Positions 56,564-64,000 of a stretch of 64,000 nt of DNA are shown in pieces. The DNA comes from an uncultured delta proteobacterium (GTDB lineage: Bacteria > Myxococcota > B64-G9): contig CAVWHX010000004.1 in the NCBI GenBank assembly GCA_963754925.1, forward strand, positions 384,001-448,000, given 5' to 3'. Numbering within the stretch: the stretch's first letter is position 1; every line of letters begins with the position of its first letter. A model generated the notes under the pieces. That model was not told where the DNA came from. It saw nothing but the letters and a program-made list of their open reading frames with translations, and ran no database searches. The position numbers and the translations under genes are program-made.

Positions 56564-57715
56564 ATGAGCAGATTGAGCAAAAGGGCGCAAGAAATCCCAC
56601 CATTTATCGTCATGGATGTCATGGAGAGGGCCCACGAGCTCGAACGGCAAGGCCGCCACATCATTCATCTGGAGGTCGGCGAGCCGGACTTTCGGACTCC
56701 CCAATGCATTGGCGAGGCTGGGGCCAAGGCCATCGAGAAAGGAGCAACCCATTACACTCACAGCCTGGGGCTTATAGAGCTACGGGAGGCTATCCGTGAT
56801 CACTATACCAAGAAGTACGGTGTTCGTTTCGGCGCCGACCAGGTGGTGGTGACGTCGGGGACTTCCTCTGCCTTGTTCATGATTGTTTCATCCCTGCTGG
56901 ATTCGGGGGACGAGATCATTTTGTCTGATCCCCATTACCCCTGTTATCCAAATTTTATACAATTCATCGGGGGTGTTCCCCGCTTGGTGCCGGTATACGA
57001 AGAACGGGGGTTCCAGCTTACGCCGAGTGAAATAAAGAAAAACATCGGTCCCCGGACAAAGGCAGTGATTATCAATTCTCCCTCTAACCCAACCGGCACC
57101 CTTCTCCCAGAAGAACGAATACAAGAGATTGCCCAATTGGGTATTCCCGTCATATCTGATGAGATTTACCATGGTCTTGTGTACGGCGAGAAAGAGCATT
57201 CCATCCTTGAGTTCACCGATGATGCATTTGTCGTCAACGGATTTTCAAAACTCTATGCCATGACCGGTTGGCGACTGGGCTATATTATTGCGCCACGTGA
57301 TTTCGTTCGACCCCTGCAGAAGATTCAACAGAATATGTTTATCTCCGCGGGAAGTATGGCCCAATGGGCAGGTGTGGCCGCGCTCACTGAGGCCGAGGCG
57401 GATGTACGGCAGATGGTGGGAATTCTCAACGAGCGGCGCAAATACATGATTCAAAGGGTGCGGGAACTGGGATTTAGACTTCCGAAGGAACCTCAAGGCG
57501 CTTTTTATATGCTGCTCAATGCCAAGCACCTATGTGATAGTTCCTATGAACTGGCATTCGAAATCTTGGAGAAGGCAGGAGTCGGTGTAGCGCCGGGGAT
57601 CGATTTCGGTCAGAACGCAGAAGGATTTATCCGTTTGTCATATGCCAATTCCCTTGAGAACATTAAAGAGGGGTTGGACCGGATTGAGGCGTTTCTATCA
57701 AACCGAAAACGTTAG
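56564..57715 (+). CDS. PLP-dependent class I/II aminotransferase
   Basis: GEPDF, NSPSNPTG, DEIY and GFSKLYAMTGWRLG. Confidence 0.95.
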   Translation: MSRLSKRAQEIPPFIVMDVMERAHELERQGRHIIHLEVGEPDFRTPQCIGEAGAKAIEKGATHYTHSLGLIELREAIRDHYTKKYGVRFGADQVVVTSGTSSALFMIVSSLLDSGDEIILSDPHYPCYPNFIQFIGGVPRLVPVYEERGFQLTPSEIKKNIGPRTKAVIINSPSNPTGTLLPEERIQEIAQLGIPVISDEIYHGLVYGEKEHSILEFTDDAFVVNGFSKLYAMTGWRLGYIIAPRDFVRPLQKIQQNMFISAGSMAQWAGVAALTEAEADVRQMVGILNERRKYMIQRVRELGFRLPKEPQGAFYMLLNAKHLCDSSYELAFEILEKAGVGVAPGIDFGQNAEGFIRLSYANSLENIKEGLDRIEAFLSNRKR

Positions 57716-57721
57716 GCTTCC

Positions 57722-58525
57722 TTAGGGATTTGACGCTACTTGAGGTTTGGGCTGGTATACCTTCCTCGTGATTATTACCGCAAGTGCGTATAACACGCAG
57801 AAATTCACGAGAATCGATAACGATGAGACCCACAGCATGAAAAAGTTACCAAGATTTATTTCAACGGTCATAGGTGTAATTGCCAAGGTCATAACCGACG
57901 GTATTACCCAAAGAAAAAACCAGATAAGGAACTTGTAGAATCCGGTCTTCCCTGCAGCATCCCCGCTTGCCAAGGCAATGCCCAAATAGAAAAAAATGGC
58001 CCCAAACACAATTTCAACAATGGTCCCTATCATAAGACCGGTGCTGTTGTTGCACAAGAAATAAGTGACAACAATAGAAATAAAAATTGTCGGGACGAGG
58101 TAGAAGAGGGAAAGCGAAAAGGCATCTTGAGTGAAATAAACTTCTTTCCCCTGCATGTCCCGATGAGCGACTATCATGCCGGCAATATAATACAGCGCAA
58201 ACGAAACCAGACCTCCAAAGAATGCACTTAACAACCACGGCACAATATCTGCCACCACGGGGATTATCATGTAGGAATAAACCAACGATCCCACGGTATG
58301 TAACATCAGCGGATAATAATAAGACTTTTTGATCTCAACCTTTTTATCGCGCGGTTTCGTCATCACTATGCCGAGCCAGTAAAAAAACCAGCACAGTGCA
58401 ATTCCCGCATAAAATCCGCCAAAAATAAGCGGCTTAACACCGACGATAATAGGCATAAAGGAATATCCGATCCCACCTACTATCAAGAGGTACATAATCA
58501 GCGGTATGAGTGTTCTTACTTTCAT
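57722..58525 (-). CDS. Polytopic membrane protein with a possible fourfold internal repeat
   Basis: About 8 hydrophobic helices. RBS GGAGG before MKVRTL. Confidence 0.75.
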   Translation of the reverse strand: MKVRTLIPLIMYLLIVGGIGYSFMPIIVGVKPLIFGGFYAGIALCWFFYWLGIVMTKPRDKKVEIKKSYYYPLMLHTVGSLVYSYMIIPVVADIVPWLLSAFFGGLVSFALYYIAGMIVAHRDMQGKEVYFTQDAFSLSLFYLVPTIFISIVVTYFLCNNSTGLMIGTIVEIVFGAIFFYLGIALASGDAAGKTGFYKFLIWFFLWVIPSVMTLAITPMTVEINLGNFFMLWVSSLSILVNFCVLYALAVIITRKVYQPKPQVASNP

Positions 58526-58673
58526 AGAATCCTCCCTGTTGAGTTGTAGGAAGAACCTGTCCAACCTGCTGCAACTTAATGTTGATCCAAGATGCTGGAT
58601 AATACTTTTGATAGTTATCTAAACATTATGGAATAATAATCAATCTTTTTTTGCCGTTATATTAACGGTATGC

Positions 58674-59226
58674 TTATAAAGAAGAAACAATCTCTTCGAT
58701 ACTTTTGGTGAGGAATCTCTGTATTTTGCACTCAACCTGCCATACAAACTTTCTGTTTTCGTTGATTAACTTCACAATCTGGTCATTAATTCCATAGCGT
58801 TGAACCAGATCGTCGACCCGTTGGTCGACCGACACAATCGCATCGTGCAAAACCCGCTTGTCTGCATAGAACACAATCTCCCGCTCTTCGAGATTGGCGT
58901 CAGGTTTGAAACCGATGAAGAATACATGCGACTCCACGATGTCGGCAATGGCATCATACCCTATTTCGCGTAGTATCCGGCCGCCGAGAAGATCGTGTCT
59001 CAATTCTCTGGCTTCTATGGCTCTGGTTTTGGCGATATCGTGTAAGAGCGCCGCCGCCCGTACCAGACTTGGCTGTAGTATCGCTGGGTCCTTAAGGTTT
59101 TCAACCAACGCCATGGACACATTCATTACTCGGACCGAATGCAGCTTGATGTTATCAAGCATATTAAACTTGCTTCATAATATCGTAGCATTGGTCTTCG
59201 GTCGGTACTGGTGCAATTTCCTTCAT
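58674..59226 (-). CDS. HD-domain phosphohydrolase, +1 frameshift near 59172
   Basis: N-terminus MKEIAPVPTEDQCYDIM joins ..FNMLDNIKLHS after removing one A. ALLHDIAK and YADKRV motifs. Confidence 0.85.
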
Positions 59227-59241
59227 GGACCTATCGATACG

Positions 59242-61080
59242 TCATCGGCGGCGCTGCTGCGCGGGCGCACGTTGAGGTTTCTTTCCGATCTTCTTTTCGA
59301 GCTTTTTCTCGATTTTGAGTTCCGCGGTTGCTTCCTCCGGCCAGTCAGATGGTTCCACCGCAACCTTGACCGGATGGTATCCTTTGAGATCCAACGTAAG
59401 TTTCATACTCTTTCTCACTAAATAATTGTTGAATGTGTAGGGCGTCTTGCCCAACGGCCGGGTGCCATCTTGGATGAGGATTGCGCCCGGCGGCGTGGAA
59501 GTGATCAACAAGGTACCCGTGCGCTCCTCCAACCCTCGCTCGATGACGAAGGGTTGATCGGCTTCCAAATTAACGTCGCCTTCCCAATTCAAATACCCGG
59601 GATGTATCAGTTTGATCCGATGCGGACCCGGGCGTAGGTTCAGGAGCTGGGGCGGATTACCCTGCGGCTTGACCAGATCGCCATCAACAAAAACCAGCGC
59701 GCCTTCAGGCGTCACCTTCAATTCCACTGCCCCGGCAAAGCGATTACCGGACGGGCCCGCGCCGGTCTGGACGGTCTCGCCCGTGTCCCTGACCAACGAA
59801 TAGACGAGCAGTGCAGCGAGTAAAATCACCGCTGCGAGGACGCCTCCCAGGCGCAACAAGGTCGTTTTCTGACGCTTTTTACCGAGGCCCCCGGCTTCGA
59901 TCGCCATAACGGTCTCACCGCCGGCGAAGCGTTTCTGTGGAGCCTGATACGGGGGCTCTCCCGCTTCGAGCTTGCCAAGAGGAGTAGGGACCGACCCTGG
60001 TGCATCGGTCGGAGCCGGCAGCTCCTCAATCGCGGGTCCTGTCGAGGGAGGTTGACGTTCTGGTGCCGCCTCAGGGGTCACCCGCTGCAACTCATCACCC
60101 TGGGCCAACCATTGACTCGTCGCCTCGCCAAAAGAAAAACGACCCTTCTGAGGTGATCGGCCTGAAAAAGTATCCAGCAGTAACGCGGCCAGACTCTCGG
60201 CGTTAGCCTGATGATCCCAATGCTTGAGAAACGCCGTGAGCGTACCGCGCAGGGCGTCGGCCGAGGGAGGACGATCGGTCGGGTTTTCTCCCAAGCAACT
60301 CTGCACCACGCGATCGAGTTCGGTTGGGATGTCGGTGAAGACGCTCGATGGCGGACGGGCATTGACGGTTTCTATCAGAGTTTGTCGCTTTTCCGACCGA
60401 TCTGAGGCGTGCAGCTTCTGGCCGGTCAGCAGCTCGTACAATACCACCCCACAGGAAAAGATATCGGCGCGCGCATCCAACGACTGTTCGCCGATCGCTT
60501 CGGGCGCGAAATACGTAAACTGGTACGCAAACTGAGATGGAATGTTTTTATGACGCCGAAAGATCGCCCGCGCCAATCCAAAGTCTACCAGCTTTACCGC
60601 GCCTCGTGCGGAGATCACAATGTTCGGGGGGCAAACGCCGCCATGCACGATGCCCAGCATGTTGCCGAACGGATCCTTGAGGCTGTGCGCGAACGATAAA
60701 CCCGCGAGCACCTCGCTCATGACATACAACGACAGGGTTGGCGGGAAACGCTGGCCTTGTTCAACCAGTGATTGCATGAGAGAACCCAGGTTCGTTCCCT
60801 CGATGTATTCCATGGCGATAAAATAAGAATGCTCGACCCGGCCCCACTCGTACACGCGGGCAATGTTGGGGTGGTCGAGCGCGGCGGCGATGCGCGCTTC
60901 ATCCACAAACATGGCTGCGAACTCGGGGTTGGCAACCACCTCCGGGCGGAGGCGCTTGATGACCACCGCAAGATCTCGTCCGCCGGGGACGCGTGTCTGC
61001 GCCTGGTAGAGATCAGCCAGCCCGCCGGTGGCAAGTTTGACGAGCAATTGGTACTTACCGTATGGTATCGGCTCGCTCAT
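59242..61080 (-). CDS. Ser/Thr kinase-fold protein with a TM helix and two PEGA domains (probable pseudokinase)
   Basis: VVIKRL, DFG, APE and DIFS are present, but the catalytic loop reads VHGGVCPPN instead of HRD. Confidence 0.88.
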   Translation of the reverse strand: MSEPIPYGKYQLLVKLATGGLADLYQAQTRVPGGRDLAVVIKRLRPEVVANPEFAAMFVDEARIAAALDHPNIARVYEWGRVEHSYFIAMEYIEGTNLGSLMQSLVEQGQRFPPTLSLYVMSEVLAGLSFAHSLKDPFGNMLGIVHGGVCPPNIVISARGAVKLVDFGLARAIFRRHKNIPSQFAYQFTYFAPEAIGEQSLDARADIFSCGVVLYELLTGQKLHASDRSEKRQTLIETVNARPPSSVFTDIPTELDRVVQSCLGENPTDRPPSADALRGTLTAFLKHWDHQANAESLAALLLDTFSGRSPQKGRFSFGEATSQWLAQGDELQRVTPEAAPERQPPSTGPAIEELPAPTDAPGSVPTPLGKLEAGEPPYQAPQKRFAGGETVMAIEAGGLGKKRQKTTLLRLGGVLAAVILLAALLVYSLVRDTGETVQTGAGPSGNRFAGAVELKVTPEGALVFVDGDLVKPQGNPPQLLNLRPGPHRIKLIHPGYLNWEGDVNLEADQPFVIERGLEERTGTLLITSTPPGAILIQDGTRPLGKTPYTFNNYLVRKSMKLTLDLKGYHPVKVAVEPSDWPEEATAELKIEKKLEKKIGKKPQRAPAQQRRR

Positions 61081-61104
61081 GGTGACCCCCAGCGTCGTAA
61101 TAGG

Positions 61105-62652
61105 TTACCCACGCTTCTTCTCCCGGCGCAGGTTGATCAGGCGCAGTTCGCGCAAGGCTTCGGTGCAATCAGGATTGCACTGGATCGCTTTCTCGAACTC
61201 GTGTTCAGCCGACTCAAGATCTTCCATCGATTTGTAAACGTAACCGAGGAATAAATGAGCCTTATCGAGCTTGGGGTTAAGTGCGACTGCCAAGACCAGT
61301 TGCTCGCAGGCCTGGCGTTGGCGCTGAGTATTTTTTGGCGCGCTTTGGAAGAGTGCCCAGCCGAGAAAGGCATGGAACTCGCTTTCTTCGGGGCGCAGCT
61401 GCAGCGCCTGTTCAAAGAGGTCACGGGCCTTTCCGTAGTCGCGCTTGTTCAAAGCCTGTTCGCCCTGCTGAAACAGCCCTTCCGACGATAAAATCTTGGA
61501 TACGTGATTCCTCACGCCGGGCCGGCCGCCGCCGGAAAGGTCTTCGAGGTATTCCGCCCGACGATCGTCGTTGCTGAGCACATCATGGGCCTTGGAGATG
61601 ATGCGAAAAAATTCCTCCGCCAGCTTGCGAATCTCGTGAGAAGCGCTGGCGTACAGTCGATCGGGGTGATGCTGCTTGGCCAACGCAAAATAGGCTTTCT
61701 CAATCTCGGCCTTGGTTGCGTTCTTGGGAATCTTCAGCATATCAAAATAGTCTTGACCGTTGAGTTTATCTATTTGCTGGATGATTTGATCGCGCAGGCG
61801 GCGTTCCTCGGGGGAGAGCCCAGCGTACGCGGGCATCGGACTGAGGGGCTGGTGCGAAGGCTCCTTGATCTCAGCCGCGGGCAATGGCGTGATCCTGACC
61901 ATTCGAGCGCATATAAGCGCGTACACTAATGCATAGATCTTATTCTTGGCCATCCCAGACTCAAAGACCTGGCGCACGGTCCAGGTTCCGTTAATGCGCG
62001 CCACAAAAGATTCCTCGTTCAGATCGAGCTCCATGTCCTGAAAGCGAAACAGCGGATCAGGGTGCGGCGCAAGGTAGTGATCGAGATCGGCGTCGAACAA
62101 CTTCTTAAGCCGTTCGAAGGTGTACTTCTGTCGAATACCTTCGTAGATGAGCACGGCGACCGTGCTCCCCAGCGTGACCGTCGAACGAGGGAGCCGGCTT
62201 CGCGAACTGAATTGGTACTCACCTCGTTCCCAGCCAAATACATCAAAGAGCTTGGTGCGCAGTTGCAGATCGAGCGCATAGTTGAGGTTGTGGGATGAGA
62301 TGCTGCCCATTTCGATCAGCACCGCGCCTTGTTGACGCCCGGAACGATGCATGCGCTGAATTGATTCCGCACAGTCCGCCTCGGAAATCATCTTTTCGCG
62401 CACCAGGATCTTTCCCAGACATTCTTTAAGCAAATTGGATTTGGCGGCCACCGGAAAACCGTTTTTGAAGTACACAATTTTTTTGATTTTCCCCTGGGAC
62501 AGCAACAAGCCGCCGCTGGCTTTTTCGCGGAAGAAACGAGCCAAGAGCTCGGGAAATGAATCCTCCCGCAGATTGCCCCGCTGCGCACCAACAAACGCCT
62601 GTGCGCTTCGTTCAACTTCCTGTTGTTCGGGATTGAAGTCGGTCTTGCTCAC
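61105..62652 (-). CDS. DUF4388-like domain plus DnaJ domain plus TPR protein
   Basis: J-domain with HPD (AKQHHPDR) and C-terminal TPRs. Confidence 0.82.
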   Translation of the reverse strand: MSKTDFNPEQQEVERSAQAFVGAQRGNLREDSFPELLARFFREKASGGLLLSQGKIKKIVYFKNGFPVAAKSNLLKECLGKILVREKMISEADCAESIQRMHRSGRQQGAVLIEMGSISSHNLNYALDLQLRTKLFDVFGWERGEYQFSSRSRLPRSTVTLGSTVAVLIYEGIRQKYTFERLKKLFDADLDHYLAPHPDPLFRFQDMELDLNEESFVARINGTWTVRQVFESGMAKNKIYALVYALICARMVRITPLPAAEIKEPSHQPLSPMPAYAGLSPEERRLRDQIIQQIDKLNGQDYFDMLKIPKNATKAEIEKAYFALAKQHHPDRLYASASHEIRKLAEEFFRIISKAHDVLSNDDRRAEYLEDLSGGGRPGVRNHVSKILSSEGLFQQGEQALNKRDYGKARDLFEQALQLRPEESEFHAFLGWALFQSAPKNTQRQRQACEQLVLAVALNPKLDKAHLFLGYVYKSMEDLESAEHEFEKAIQCNPDCTEALRELRLINLRREKKRG

Positions 62653-62826
62653 CTACGTACCCCGCTCACTTGCGAATAACCACCTCACACACCGACCGAG
62701 GCGCTCGCTCGATCGAAAAATTCTCACCGTATAAGGCTAGTATAAAAGAATCCCGCTTCACCTGGCAAGTGCGAAACCAAAAAAACTGCAATTCTTTTTC
62801 GGGTGTTGTTCTGAAATGAAATGCTT

Positions 62827-64000
62827 TTAGGACCCGGCCATGGCGGGATCAAACTGCGAAGAAGCCACGCTATCGCGGAACGCCTTCTCCAAGAGTTCGC
62901 GGTTTTCCTTGTACCATCGACGTCCCTGGAGGGCGCCATAGCGATTGATCACGACGGCTCGAAATTTGCCGCGCATGAGGAATCCGAGCCCGCGGCGCAG
63001 GGAGTATACCTTCTTGGTGGCTTTAGTGGTTTCATTCATCAAGGTGTAGGGAGACATATTTTTGGCGCGAAAGACCGCATGGTGGGCATCGTACAGCGAC
63101 CAATCGTGGGTGAGGATGCGATCCTCGGCTTCCATTTCATTAAATACCTGCGTGCCGGGCAAGGGAACCAGCATCAACAATTGGACCGAATCGATGCGTT
63201 CTTTACAGACAAAACGGGCCGTCTCGCGGATGGTATCAACGGTGTCGGTATCCGCCCCGAGAATAAACATGCCGTGGACGAACATCCCATACTTATGGAA
63301 CCGCCGAATCGCCAGGCGAATGTCGTCAAGCGCCTGGTGTTTGTGCAGCAACGCCAATGACTCGTTGTTTATTGATTCGAAGCCCACAAAAACCGACCCG
63401 CACCCCGAGCGCTGCATCAACGCAAGCATTTCCTCGTCCTGCGCCGCCCGCACCGAAACTTGTGTGCACCACGTAGGTAAAAATACCTGGCGGGTAAGAA
63501 GGTAATCGAGCAAGTTTTTGGTGCGCGTGGGCGAGGCGCAGAAATTATCATCATAGAAAAAGACCCCATCCCCTTTTCCGCGATGGCGCTCAAGCTCCTC
63601 GGCGACGTGCTCACGCGACGCAAACCGCATCTTGTGACCGAATATCGTGGTCACCGAGCAAAACTTGCAGCGGTGCGGACACCCGCGCGAGGTCTGCATC
63701 GGAATTATCCCGCGGTGGAAGCGCCGGTTTTTCATCCCGGCTATGAGAGACATGTCCGGGATCGGTACTTCGTCGAGTACTATCGGCTTTCTCTCAAGCG
63801 GGTTATGCCGAACCTGACCGTCGAGATAAAAGCTGAGACCGGGAATATCTTCGGGGGAACCGACGCCATCGAGCATGTCCAAAAAGAGAGGGAAGCTTCG
63901 TTCCGCCTCGCCGCGGATGACATAGTCGGCATGCTGCAGCGCCTCATCGGGTAAAAACGTTACATGCGGGCCCCCCATGACGACGGTGACGCCACACGCA
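62827..64000 (-). CDS. B12-binding radical SAM protein (5' end outside the window)
   Basis: MGGPHVT, GEAE, SRGCPHRCKFC, DDNF and GFES. Confidence 0.9.
   Translation of the reverse strand, partial: ACGVTVVMGGPHVTFLPDEALQHADYVIRGEAERSFPLFLDMLDGVGSPEDIPGLSFYLDGQVRHNPLERKPIVLDEVPIPDMSLIAGMKNRRFHRGIIPMQTSRGCPHRCKFCSVTTIFGHKMRFASREHVAEELERHRGKGDGVFFYDDNFCASPTRTKNLLDYLLTRQVFLPTWCTQVSVRAAQDEEMLALMQRSGCGSVFVGFESINNESLALLHKHQALDDIRLAIRRFHKYGMFVHGMFILGADTDTVDTIRETARFVCKERIDSVQLLMLVPLPGTQVFNEMEAEDRILTHDWSLYDAHHAVFRAKNMSPYTLMNETTKATKKVYSLRRGLGFLMRGKFRAVVINRYGALQGRRWYKENRELLEKAFRDSVASSQFDPAMAGS

Noticed and set aside
62827..64000. Second B12 radical SAM as part of the lipid cluster
   Set aside because: It lies 20 kb away, outside the ftsE-ftsX gap, and is truncated by the window, so no link can be shown.
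1..64000. tRNA, rRNA, CRISPR array, integrase, transposase or phage genes
   Set aside because: None were recognisable by eye. A covariance-model scan would be needed to exclude small RNAs.

Overview
64 kb of bacterial chromosome, probably Myxococcota or Deltaproteobacteria-type. This is inferred from a RomY-like protein before ftsE, a PEGA Ser/Thr kinase-fold protein and a J-domain/TPR protein. The ftsE and ftsX-envC genes, normally adjacent, are separated by about 44 kb. Most of that gap holds a large, unusual aryl-polyene/ladderane-like type II FAS/PKS lipid cluster. It has 3 ACPs, 4 ketosynthases (one fused to a chain-length factor), FabG, 2 stand-alone dehydratases, 2 thioesterases, an MIO ammonia lyase, LolA, an MMPL-methyltransferase fusion, a GT2 and acyltransferases. 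Atypical add-ons are a B12 radical SAM, a tandem pair of paralogous radical SAMs, a PKS dehydratase-PPTase fusion, DAK2-DegV, PlsY and a divergent type III PKS. The gap also holds a Rieske/cytochrome b/9-heme cytochrome c operon. Three gene blocks are bracketed by diverged direct-repeat copies of a neighbouring gene's 3' end (37-115 bp), and the ftsE split may be a fourth case. No integrase or transposase is present. Other content: a repeat-rich surface lipoprotein absent from the ORF track, several toxin-antitoxin modules or remnants, an ABC exporter, a probable pseudokinase and REP-like palindromes. Seven single-base frameshifts in otherwise intact genes look like uncorrected long-read errors. 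No tRNA, rRNA or CRISPR array was seen. All identity counts were made by hand.
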